A stretch of 63,076 nucleotides of DNA, counting the filler, from Welwitschia mirabilis (lineage: Eukaryota), in the NCBI GenBank assembly GCA_051453625.1. It is 3 parts of one record of this genome, joined end to end, with 100 filler letters (N's around TTAATTAATTAA, not from the genome) between each part and the next. Parts side by side here need not be neighbours in the genome. Positions count along the whole stretch, not along the records: positions 1 to 24,062 come from JBOZIK010000001.1; positions 24,163 to 48,575 come from JBOZIK010000001.1; 1 more part is not named here. One strand, written 5' to 3'. The translations under genes and the position numbers were made by a program. The notes under the pieces were generated by a model that made no database searches, was not told the origin of the DNA, and saw only the letters and a list, made by a program, of their open reading frames with translations. Numbering within the stretch: position 1 is the first letter of the stretch; the number at the start of each line of letters is the position of its first letter. This document shows positions 13,383 through 25,059 of this stretch, piece after piece.

Positions 13383-14014
13383 ATCTTCCCCTTTAACATT
13401 GATGGCAAACAAATAAGTGATTTCATGATCAAATAAATATTTCATCTTTTAAGCTCTTTCTAACAAGGCATAATAACATAGTAAAAGCTCCCCCTTTCAC
13501 AAAGCCATATAAACAATATTAAGTAAAGGGTGTATTTCCTTCTAAGGAAGAAATATTTTTGAAATAAACCATTTTCAGTTTATGCATGTTTTTAAAAATA
13601 TCATATTTTCTTCCCCTTTGACATCAATGGCAAAGAATAAAAAAAGAGAGATAAAGAGCTATAAACTTTAGACATGTGATGAGAAATATCATATTTTATC
13701 CTCCTAATTTTATGCCATATAAAGAAATCATAATCTTAATAGAGATTTAAAGTAAGTATGTAAATGAGATAATAATTTTCAATTCATAATTTCCAAAAGA
13801 AAACCAACTAATGCTATGTTCATGACTATAAGATTTAATTACAAAGTAAAACATTAGAATGTTCAAAACTTATAGAAAAATCTTCACAAAAATAATTACC
13901 ATTAAGATGCAAATTCAAAATCAAGGTTAAAATCAGAATGATGATTTCAAAAAGTACATCAAATTACAGCAATTAAAGATTAGGTAAAAATAATGTAATA
14001 AACAAAAATTACTC

Positions 14015-15386
14015 AAAATAACAAGCTACTACTAAAGTTAAAATTTTCTCAGATCAAAAAGATTCTAAATTCTTAGCTTTTACCCATATGGTCTTTCTTT
14101 ACTTTTGGGTAGAGACTTATTTGAAAACAAATTTAAATGGCAAAGCATTAATGTTTACAAAATACATACTTTTTCTATATGAATAATTAAATTTTAAATA
14201 ACCAAGTTTACAAAAATAATGATAAATGATTTTTTAGTAAAAGATGTTATACCTATAATACTTATCTTACTGGATAAAGTTAATGTACCATTGCCTTTAA
14301 ATTTAATACCCTTTTTATCATGTACAAGTTATTCCAATCCAAGTATATTCTTAAGTTTCTTTGATCCTTTTGTAACTCTACTCAAGGATTATAAAAATTC
14401 ACTTAACCCCTTCATGAGACTTGTATTTTCTTCTTGAATCTTTGCATATCTTTGATTTATGGCTTCATTATCCCTTCTTAAATCCTTGATGATATTTTTT
14501 AGTTCATTGGATTTTACAACAAGCCTTTCATATTCTTGATATAGTTCAAGAAATGTATCTTTAACATCCTCCTCTTTTTTATCTTTACTCATGTCCAAAT
14601 CATCATGCTAATGAGTTTTGATGATTGAATAGTAGGATTTACAAGTGCCATGAATGATAATATTCCATGTTCTCTAGGTTCTTCATCTAAACTTTCTTCC
14701 TTCATACTTTTAAAATAAAAACTCTTCTTTCTATTCTTAAAAAATTTTAAATCATAAGTTTAAAGATTATCTTGTAGTTCTTCTACTGGCATCTTGCTGA
14801 GATCTTTACTTTCTTCAATTGTAGTCACCTTTAGTTCAAATCTCTTGGTGAGAAATCTTAAGACCTTTCTTACTATATTGACTTCTTTCAAATTTCTTCA
14901 AGATTTGTTATAGAGTTTACAATCTCCGTTAGGCTAATAAAGAATTCCTGAAGAGTATCTTTCTCATCCATCTTAATCTCTTCAAATTGTATAATCAACA
15001 TCTACATATTTGCTTTCTTGATAGTGAATGTTCCTTCATGAGTAAGGGAGCAAGAATATCCCATTCTTCTTTGGTAATCTAGAAGTTCACTATTCTCTTA
15101 AACTCACCTACAGTTATAGCACAAAAAATTACATTCAAATCATGAACATTAATATTAGCATTAGCTTTATCTAACCATTTATTTTTTGGTTTCAACACTA
15201 TTATAGAATTGCCATTTACATCCTTTTGAGTTGTAGTAGGATGGATATAGCCTGTGATCAAAATATCCTCATAATCTATATCAAGATATCTTAAGAATAT
15301 TCTCATTCTCACCTTTCAATATCCATATTTTGTTCCATCAAATAGTGGAGGCTTAGAAATAATAAAACCTCTATAATAAAACTCAT
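14015..15386 (-). pseudogene. Copia gag, unit 3 (decayed)
   Basis: ORFs 15079-15312 (MRMRIFLRYLDIDY..EFKRIVNF) and 14389-14598 (coiled-coil ..LELYQEYERLVVK..). Homology stops at the protease start. Confidence 0.88.
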
Positions 15387-15456
15387 GACTAGGGTTATTG
15401 AGTCAAAGATTGTTTAAAATCTTAGTGTTGGCTTAACTTAGAGATCTGATACCATA

Positions 15457-15851
15457 TGCAAGATCATGAATCCTAGAGGGGAGATGAATATAACTTCAAA
15501 AAAAAAAAATTTAAACAATTATTACTACCTAATAAAGAAATTATAACATAAAAACATATAATAAAATAAACTCAAAAGAAGAGTCAAAGAAATGCTCAAG
15601 ACAAGATTTATAGTGGTTCAGGATACATCCTACTCCACTCTTGGTAGATAGTCAATAACCAAAACTATTTTGGATCTTTGTGCATTACTATTCATTAGGT
15701 TTTCAAGGTCAACCTTCAACCTTACAAAGTGGAATTTTTTAGGCTAGGTCTCAATCTTTATAAATTGACTTATATAGGATTAGTCTCAACCTTCAAAAAA
15801 TGCACATTGATGAGTAAGGAAATGAAGCATCTATGCTCTAAGCCACTTAAA
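15457..15851 (-). repeat. Array LTR4 (truncated by assembly gap)
   Basis: Co-linear with the first ~400 bp of LTR3. PBS TGGTATCAGATC at 15443-15454. Confidence 0.88.
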
Positions 15852-15926
15852 NNNNNNNNNNNNNNNNNNNNNNNNNNNNNNNNNNNNNNNNNNNNNNNNN
15901 NNNNNNNNNNNNNNNNNNNNNNNNNN

Positions 15927-16456
15927 TCTTAAGATATTCCTTACTATTTTATATTCCTTCATCTTTTCTCTAAGGCTTGCCATCAAGTTTATAATGTTCA
16001 TTATATTGGTAAATAATTCCTAAAGAGTATCTTCCTCATCCATCTTAATTACTTCAAATTTTGTAATTAGCATCTTCATCTTTACTTGCTTGATAGTGGA
16101 TGTCCCTTCATGAGGAACAACAAGAATATCCCATGCTTTTTTGGTAGTTTACTATTCTCTTAAACTCATATGCATTCATAGCACCAAAAATTTCATTTAA
16201 AGCATAAGCATTCATAGTAGCATTAACATTATCTAATTTAGTCCATTTATTTTTTGGTTTTAACACTACTAAAGAATTTCCATTGACATCCGTTTGAGTT
16301 GTGGTAAGGTGGCTATAATCTATGATCAAAATATCCTCATAATATATATTAAGGGATCTTAAGAATATTTTCATTCTAGCCTTCTAATATCCATAGTTTG
16401 TTTCATCAAATAGTGGGGGCTTAAAATTAGATAAACCTTCTATAATAAAACTGATG
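15927..16456 (-). pseudogene. Copia gag N-terminal part, unit 4 (partial)
   Basis: ORF 16108-16374 MKIFLRSLNIYYEDILI..EFKRIVNY, homologous to the other units. Confidence 0.85.
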
Positions 16457-16525
16457 GCTAGGGTTATTAAGTTAAATATTGATTAAAATCTTAGTGTTAG
16501 TTCAACTTAGAGCTCTAATTCCTTT

Positions 16526-17711
16526 TGTAGAATCATGAACCCTGGAGGGGATGGTGAATAGAACTTCTAAACATTTTAAATAATTATTACTACCTAATAA
16601 AGAAATTATGAGACAAAAACATATAATGAAATAAACTCAAAATAAGAACTAAAGAAATGCATAAGACAAGATTTATAGTGGTTCAGGATACACCTTACCC
16701 CACTCTCAGAAGATAGTCAATAACCAAGACTATTCTAGATCTTTATTACATACTATACACCATGTTTTCAAGGATAAACTTCAACATTACAAAGAATACT
16801 TTTTTAAGATAAGTCTCAATATTTATAAATAAACTTTTGTAAGCTTAGTCTTAACCTTTAGAAAATGGAATTTTCAAGCTTATCTCAATCTTTAGAAAAT
16901 CCACAATGATGAGTGAAGAAATGAAGCCTCTATTCTCTAAGTACCTCAAATAAAAGAACTAATAATGGAGCCTTATTTCTTAAAGTTCGTACAAAGGTAA
17001 GTGCTGAGTGAGAAAATAATGATAGTAAAAAGGTAATCCCTTCAGATCAAGAGTGAAAATTTTATTTTTAAAAATCCATTCTAATGTTAAGTCATTTACA
17101 TTTTTTGAGTATTTCCTCTTTAAATAGATTTCCAAAAATATAACTATTTAGATAGTTGAAAAGCAATCTTACATTTGCAATGAATAGATTTGATGAAGTA
17201 ATGGTTAGAAGATTACTTTAAAAATTATTACTTTCATGTTGACCAGTTGACCCATCAAACATCTGGTCGACTTAAGTAATGCACATCACTTAATCTGGTT
17301 ACCCCTTTATCATTTAATCAATTCGAGTAACTCATGTTAATTGGTCCTATCATTTCCATCTAAAATCAGGTTGACCACTTTTCTTCATCTCTAGTTCACT
17401 CCACATGAGGTTGGTTGCCCACATAGGACATAGTACATATGGAAAAGTTTAAAAAATGCATTTCTAAGTTTGGTTAACCCCTTAAAAATCTAATCAACCC
17501 CATATGAAGTAGTCCAAAATGAGTATTTCCAAGTTTGGTTGACTTCTACATTAAGTCATTAATCTAAAAATAAGTTACTTTAATTAGAACATGTTCAAAT
17601 CTTGCTATATATTAGATATAGGTCTTGTAGTTTCTTGCATCTATAAAATCACATTTCATTTTATAAATATCATATTATTCTGACATTAATTAGCAATATA
17701 CAATCCTAAAA
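16526..17711 (-). repeat. Array LTR5 (5'-most, 1186 bp)
   Basis: Co-linear with LTR1 and LTR2. Degenerate PBS at 16512-16523. The right flank is host gypsy LTR sequence, not a PPT. Confidence 0.9.
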
Positions 17712-18342
17712 ATATAGCCATCCACCAATGAAAACATCTTTCTGCAACTCTCTAGATGGATCTCACATCCTTTGATCTCGTGTCATAAGAATTTTTGATA
17801 TAATGAAGATAGAGAAAAGATTTGAAAGAGGACTTATTTGTAGAAAGATACAGCAGAAAATGGCAAACATAAGGCACTCCAAAAATGTTTCCTTTTATAA
17901 ATAAGAAATAGATAAAATAGTCAAGGGTCAGCTATCAGAGTTAGTTACATTGTCAATGTCATCTTGACTATCATCCGGATGATGATGGAAATGATAAATC
18001 ATCATAAAAGTTGACTCAGTAAGTGTCTCAATAGTTGACTTAGCAGACCATATCATCATTTAATGGTTTCATCGTCCTATCTATCAAGGGGGTTATAGAG
18101 AAAAAGACGGTCTTCTTTAATCATCTAATTGAGAAGAAGTTATTCTTTTATCAAAAATATTCCTTTAAAACTCTGTGTATCAGAATATGCCTTAAATGCA
18201 TCAAATATTTTTAAGAATTGCACATTTCCAATATCTTCTATTAATTTTTCAAAATCCTTAGAATTGCACCTAAACTTGTGCAAATGTCTTGCAAAATATT
18301 TTATAAAATTCCATTAAATAACTATAAATTGGTAGCACAACA
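17712..18342 (-). repeat. Gypsy LTR, right half (continuation of 4858-5581)
   Basis: CACCAATGAAAACATCTTTCTGCAACT.. matches other gypsy LTRs (29462, 43360). It ends ..GCACAACA, followed by the PPT complement TAGTCCCCCACTTAG (18343-18357). Confidence 0.8.
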
Positions 18343-19132
18343 TAGTCCCCCACTTAGCCTTTATCAGTCCTTGATAAAAATCAAGAGAAAAATCATAATT
18401 GCAAGCTAATTTGTTTTACAAAAAATAAATACTTAAATTTTAAAATAGGCTTATAAAACACATCTCATAACAAAATAATATGGAAGGCATAATGTGTATG
18501 GAAAGTTTAAAATTATGTACCATGAAAGCTTTGAAAAATTTAAAAATAAGAAATGAAAATGGATCACTACCTCTTCTTGAGAAAAATAATACATTCCATA
18601 TTAAAAAATATAGTAAGAAAAAGCAACCAAGAGTGAGAAGGAAAATGATGATGGATATATTTTAATTTAGACATATTTAGAAAAAAGTATAAAGATGTGT
18701 AAAGTAATATTAATCTTTAAAAAAGATAGATGTATGAAATATTATAACAAGAATGGAAAGAGTTGAAATAAAAACATGTAAGTGAATTGAGAAATTTCTC
18801 ATTAATGTTTCATCATAAGAAATGAGTAAGAGTAGCGTTTACAACTAGAAAATACTATAATGTTTTTTTAAAAAAAATCATTAAAGTAAGGAATCAATAA
18901 TAAGTAAAGAAAATAGTAAATTTTAAGATTCTAAAGAATAAGAAAATATGATAATAACTTTGAATTAACTAACCTAAAAATAAAATAAAATAGAAAGAGT
19001 CGACATAAGGAAATAAAAGATAGCCAAACTATCTAAAATTTTAACCTAGCAGACTTCCATAAAAGAAATCATAACATACTTGATATGAAAATACATGACA
19101 TAATGTATAAGAAATTCCATTTGATAAGGTAG
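18343..19132 (-). mobile_element. Gypsy PPT and 3' non-coding region
   Basis: Reverse-complement homologue of about 41990-42794. Interrupted at 19133 and resumes at 23656. Confidence 0.75.
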
Positions 19133-20381
19133 TGTAATACTTTAAATTTTGACATAGAATTTGTTTTATAAATATTATTAATGTTTTAGATTTATCTATG
19201 TGATGGTTTCAAACTCAAGTTAATACAAGTATTAAATTTTAAATATATTTAATTTATACCATTCTTCTATAACCCTCTAGATAGCTTTAATGATTTATTT
19301 TTAATCATTACAGTGGGCATGCAATGAATTTATAAATTTTGTAGTGATGTTATGTGGATTAAATAGTTTTTATCATTGGACTTATTAATTAGTATAGCAT
19401 GTGTAACTCATTGGTTTAGGTCTTTTATATATTTTATACTAATGGAAAATGCACCCAATTAGTGAACTAATTATTCATATCCTTACCCCTTATATTAATC
19501 TTTCAAAGCATACTTAAATTTTAGAATATTTTCCTTAGGTGAAAAATGCTTTTAAAAAAAAAGAAATATAACAAATGATAAATATATCATTATTTATGTA
19601 AATTTTAAATGATATAAATAATAAGTTTATTTGTGAACATGTAAGGAGGAGATTTTGGTAAGGGTTTTAATGGAAGAGAAAAGGAAGTCAGTGGTAAGGA
19701 AGTAGTTTATAAAGCATCATGACAAGAGCTATCAAAACAAATATTTATCAAGTTTTAAAGGTAGTAATTAAAGGCCTTAAGCCTTCTCCCTGAGTACCTT
19801 AATAAAGTGGCAAAAAAAGGGAGACATTTAATTAAAGCAAATTAATATTTATGCATGGATGGTGGGGTGGATGAGGAGAAGCCAGAACCTACCATTATTT
19901 TAGCAGGGTAGGCAGTAAGAGAAAAATTTTCTTTTCTTGAAGGAATTAGGGGTCAACTTCCAAGGTGGAAGAGGGAAAAAAAGGAAGGAGGACCTTCCTT
20001 AGATTATGCAATAGGATAAAGATATGTTGGAAGAAGGAAGGAGTCAATGGTTACAAAGAAGAGGATGCTGAGGTAGAGGAATGGGATGTGCATGGAACAA
20101 AGCATCAAACAAGTATAGCAAAAGTCATAAATAGTCATGGGAAAAATGGAAAACTAGGAAGATGATCTTGAGTTACTTCTTTTTATTTCAGAATCATGGG
20201 GAAAACTATAATCTAATTTGGGTCCTGAAACTCCTTCATTTTATCTGTCTTAAGTAAGATACACTTGGAATAATCCATAATTCTTCTTAAACTTAATTCT
20301 CACATTTTCCTTTTCCCTAGTTTTTAAAATTTAACCTTGAAAACTTACAAAAATTAAGGAAATGATCCAACTTTTAAGATG

Positions 20382-21055
20382 CGTCTTAATCTAGTATAGC
20401 AGAGGCTTGAAATCCACTACAACAGATCTAGTGTACTCTTTACTATTTCGCTTTAGAGTCACCATGATAAGAAGATGAGGGGTAACCATCTTCTTATGAT
20501 GTAGGTAATAAGATTTTTAAGTGTAAAGGCATAGTTCTGAAAATGTCGATGAATCATCTCCTATTTGATGGCATCAATATTCTAGAATTCATGAAGAACT
20601 TTGTATTTAGTAGCCAAAGGCCATGGTCTGATTATGCATCCATTACTAGAGAGAACTTACTTTAAAGCATGAGATCCACTAAAGATCAAATAAAAACATC
20701 TAGAGGGTCTAAAATGGAATGATATCCTTAATGAACTTAAGAATTCCTTTACCACTATCATTGTTACTGATAAGAAGGTCTCTGACTTCTTCATTCACTC
20801 AGACTACAATTACATGATGCTTCCATCTAGTGGAGACATGGTGGATGAACTAATAAAGAAGATCTTGAAAGAGGAAAATCTCNNNNNNNNNNNNNNNNNN
20901 NNNNNNNNNNNNNNNNNNNNNNNNNNNNNNNNNNNNNNNNNNNNNAAAATGCATGATAATCATCCTTCCAAGATGTTTTTTGTATTAGAAATCTATATTA
21001 AGATTGTTCATCCTCTACCAAAAGGGTATGCAGTTGATAAAATTATAACACTTGG
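20382..21055 (+). pseudogene. BAHD acyltransferase (transferase family) fragment, decayed
   Basis: Piecewise translation: RLNLV*QRLEIHYNRSSVLF..LLMM*VIRF/KCKGIVLKMSMNHLLFDGINILEFMKNF/VAKGHGLIMHPLLERTYFKA*DPLKI..MVDELIKK..MFFVLEIYIKIVHPLPKGYAVDKII. It has the HxxxD motif at 20555-20569 and blocks like QVTRFKCGG, DRTxLKARNPP and AVDIRxxxxPPLPxGYxGN in the expected order. Confidence 0.8.
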
Positions 21056-23049
21056 AATTTTTATGATTATGGTACATGCAAAGAAAAGCAAAAATATGGG
21101 ACATCGTGAATATTTTCCATAAACAAGTAAGATGTCCTATAGTACTATATTTATAGTAGCACTATGCTTAATATGTTATAAATACTATTCATTTTCCTTT
21201 TAGTGTAATGTTTCAACATTGAGTTTTCCTCCTTTAAAACTTGTTGAGCATATTAAGCAGTCCCTATAATAAGAATTAAGTAGACTTTTATTATGTAAGT
21301 TTTGTTTTCCTCATTTCTACCTTTATTACATCCAAGAAATCATGTTATGTATCTAGTCTTAAACTGTTCTTTTGTCTGAAAAGAATGATTATTTTTCTTG
21401 AGTCTATAAGTTCTAATTATAAACTTAAATATTGACATTCACCAAATTCTTTACAACTAAGTCTAATTCTTTTAAACAATTACATAGATAGACTCTTGAT
21501 TATTTATTTGTTTAATTTAATATCACTTGATGACATATAATGCTTTTAACTTTATTAATATATCTATTTTCCATTTACAAGCTTCAAGATTTCTCATCAT
21601 GAGAGAGTATCTTTACTTTTGTTTACATCATTGTTTGTGCATAAATACCATCATGGTAATGTTAGTTTAGCTATGAGATGAAGAATCCTTCTTTGATCCT
21701 TCCTTCTTTTTATTTTTGTCTCATAGCTTGTGAGGCATTGTTATGAGGTATAAAAATATGAGGTGGTATAGTTTAAAAATGCATTAGAAAGTTTGTAAGA
21801 GATGACACACTTTTAAATCCCATAAACTAGTTTTGTAGTGAGCCCAAAAGTGTAAAGTATAAGCCTCGATACTAAGCTAACTATAATACATTCCAATCAA
21901 TGGTAGTAACATATGCTTTTATGTTTTTTTTTTTATTGATTTAGTAAATGAAATCTAAATTCCATGATTTTTCATCCCTCTCTAAAAAGTTTTACTTGGT
22001 ATAGTCCTAGTGAAGATGATCTATATTTATTCTTACATTATTCACATATAAGCTTCCTTCAAATCATACATTTGTAGGTAGCTTGGTACCCCTATAATTC
22101 TATGCCCTTTTTCTAAACACTTAATTTTCCCTTATGGGCATTCTTTTTGCCTTTTTTTTTTTTTAAGTTATGGATTGTGGGATAACATTGAGGGCATTTT
22201 TCCACCTTGTTAGAGTAGGAAGAAATGGATTTGTATAGTCACCAATTAGTAGCATAAGTATATGTTTTACCTTGAGAGCACATAGACACAGACTAGGTAT
22301 ATTACTCATTACAAATCCTTTGATCTTAGAAATCATGAGATGAATTTATATGATATGACATTAAAGCATATTATGTGTAATTGTATGTTTTTTTTCCACA
22401 TAGTAGAAGTATTCTAAGGAAGATTAGAAAAATAGTTTTTAGGTTTGTTTCATATGGAATGTTTCCTAAATAAGTCACCTAAGTAATAAGCCACATGGTC
22501 TCTTTTCTACATGCATATCCATTTGTCTTAATGTTTTAGTCCATCATTTTTGTTATGCAAAACATTTCAATGTGCTTAAGCCTAGTCAGGGTATTATTTT
22601 ATTTTTGTCAAACATATTTGATAATCTTGTTATGGTAACTTTTATTTAATTTTTTCTATTTCATACATATTTTATATTAGTGTTCTAGTTCCTCATTTTA
22701 CACATGTTCATGTTTTAAATATAGAGCTTGTAAACCAATTACACTTCCAATATTAAGAGTTCAAGATATTAGGTGTGGTGTTCAAGTTTTGGTTAAATTC
22801 CTTTTTATCATTTTTTATTGGCATTACAACTATTATAATTATAGACTTAATTTTATTATATTAGTAATTATAAATGAAGTAGTTTTGTTATTTCCTTATA
22901 GTATAAGTGTTTTTATTGATTTTATGCTTATCAATGATGTTTCATTCTTTGAAATAGTGTTATTTGAATTCTTAAAAAGCGTTGAAACTATATTCATAAA
23001 AAGCATAGAGAATATCTTAAAATTTTGAAACACAAGAAATGTTATTTGA

Positions 23050-23555
23050 ATCATTATATTAAATTTAAAACATATGTATTATATTACATAATGCATATTT
23101 ACAATGTTGTATTATAGTATTTTATATTATATTAAGTATGATATAACATTATCTTACCTTGTATTCTAATATAAAATGTTATATCATAACTAAGCTATAT
23201 TACATAATATTGTTTTATATTATAATTATATTATATTATATAAAATTATATATATTATATTACAATATTTTTCAATTATAATATCATATTATACTGTAAT
23301 TATAGTATTTTATTATATTACATTATAGCTATACTATATTACATAATAATATAATTGTAGTCTATATAGTATATTATCTTATATTACATTGCATGTAGAA
23401 TATATTATATGCATATGTGTTGTGTTATATTATATGACATAATAAGTGTAATACTTTTATAATATGATATTCTACATCCATATTATACTATATTATATGT
23501 GTGATATTATATTATCTTATAATATGCTATCTCATGTATATAATACTTTATGTAT
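23050..23555. repeat. Degenerate (ATATT)n-like AT-rich low-complexity tract
   Basis: Recurring TATAT/TATTA/TACAT pentamers running into an N gap. Confidence 0.8.
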
Positions 23556-23655
23556 NNNNNNNNNNNNNNNNNNNNNNNNNNNNNNNNNNNNNNNNNNNNN
23601 NNNNNNNNNNNNNNNNNNNNNNNNNNNNNNNNNNNNNNNNNNNNNNNNNNNNNNN

Positions 23656-24062
23656 GAGGGAAGTGCAACCATAGTCAAAGAAGTAAGGACCCATAAAGCA
23701 TAACCAACTAATCTTTTAGTGGAGTTTCCACAATTACCATATTACACTGACAAAGGATCCTCCTAGAAATATTTGCCCTAGTGTACTTACGGTAGGATAT
23801 CATAGTGGCCATGTTTTTGAAATATCTCACATGGTCTTATTTTACACATTTTTTTAAAGTAATAAAGAAAACATTCCATATAACCAAATACTCTAAAACA
23901 CAAAGGTAAAGTCATAAGATAAAGATAAAAAGAACCTCTTAAAAAATCTAAGACTTTTTCACCATTGAGGAAAACATTAAAAATAAAGAATCTTTCTTCA
24001 AACTGAAGTTCATAGATATGGAAATGTCTTAAGATTAGATAAATCCAATCTTACCATTATAA
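23656..24062 (-). mobile_element. Gypsy 3' non-coding region (continuation of 18343-19132)
   Basis: 23660-23830 is the reverse-complement homologue of 41600-41765. Confidence 0.65.
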
Positions 24063-24162
24063 NNNNNNNNNNNNNNNNNNNNNNNNNNNNNNNNNNNNNN
24101 NNNNNNTTAATTAATTAANNNNNNNNNNNNNNNNNNNNNNNNNNNNNNNNNNNNNNNNNNNN
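24063..24162. other. Artificial scaffold linker N44-TTAATTAATTAA-N44
   Basis: A six-frame-stop linker (24107-24118) centred in a 100-nt spacer. The same structure occurs at 48576-48675. Confidence 0.95.
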
Positions 24163-24942
24163 GCCCAACCTTAGAGCATTAACTATAATGCATATCATGA
24201 TTTCTTCCCTCTATCCTACTTTCTTTTATAACTCCTACTCTTGGCACCATCATGCTTCTCCTAGCCATGTGCATCTATGTTCGTCTGATACACATCCATA
24301 GCCTTTCTATTATCTCCTACTTCTACACCCTGTATAGGTGTCATCTCCTTCCTTTGTTTCCACGTCTTCTATCCACTCACTAGCTCCCTCTTCTGAGCTC
24401 CCTGAGTTAAGTCTACCTTAACCCACTGCTAGCCTTCACTACATATGCTATGGCTATTCTAGTGCACCCTCTTTTACTCTCTGTACATCTTTTAGTTATA
24501 TAATAGTATACTTATGTATAGGTAAGGGCCTTTTCCCACCATTTGAACATCCCAAAGTTGATTTTCAATGCCTTCAAAAACACAGTGAAAATGATAAAGA
24601 AAATGTTTTTTAACTACTAAATTCTAACTTAAATTTATGACCCAACCATCTAGTCTTGCGTTACCTAATGATTCTTAATTATTAATCTTCAATGGAGGAG
24701 AATATAAAAAGGAACTTAACTTTCATTATTTTAAGATTTAACATTCCACTAGTCCCCTTTATTTAATTAAATCATAAAATTTTCAAATCTTGAGTATATA
24801 ATTATAAACTTATATGACGTCTAGGAACAAGTTAAAGAAGTTATGCATAACCTCTAGAATTTGTGGCATTACAATGTTGTTATCTCAATAATGAGTTACT
24901 TAATCTTTAAGCCATTTTGATATTAGAAGTAAACTTTACATT

Positions 24943-24954
24943 TGGTATCAGAGC
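24943..24954 (+). promoter_or_regulatory. Primer-binding site, tRNA-iMet, of a truncated LTR element
   Basis: ..CTTTACA-TT-TGGTATCAGAGC, with no recognisable gag downstream. Confidence 0.7.
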
Positions 24955-25059
24955 TTTAACTTTTAAAATTTTACAACTCTAGAAATTTATGTCATTTCAT
25001 TTGCTATTAAAGCATACAGTTGGATATTTTTCAACTATAGAATTTCCTGTCATTACAAT

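Larger units (their letters stand above)
5582..17711 (-). mobile_element. Tandem array of at least 4 gag-only non-autonomous Sirevirus-like Ty1/copia units with 5 shared LTRs
   Basis: LTR starts at 5582, 8990, 12226, 15457 and 16526, period about 3.23 kb. Each internal part has PBS-Met, gag and a purine-tract region but no pol. Degenerate TSD ACATT (5577-5581) / ATATA (17712-17716). The gap at 15852-15926 hides missing sequence. Confidence 0.9.
19133..23555 (+). mobile_element. Insertion of uncertain class, possibly an LTR-element derivative, carrying a gene fragment
   Basis: Begins TGTAATAC (an LTR-like 5' end) where homology with the 41990 region stops. The right end is hidden in the gap at 23556-23655. 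Confidence 0.4.

Noticed and set aside
7610-14437. Recurrent plus-strand ORFs (7610, 10828, 14219) as an antisense gene
   Set aside because: They are short, have variable ends and are antisense shadows of the repeated gag, with no independent support.
24163-24873. Pyrimidine-rich stretch ending GTGGCATTACA as a Tekay-type LTR
   Set aside because: Only the terminus is suggestive. There is no second copy or adjacent coding domain to support a call.
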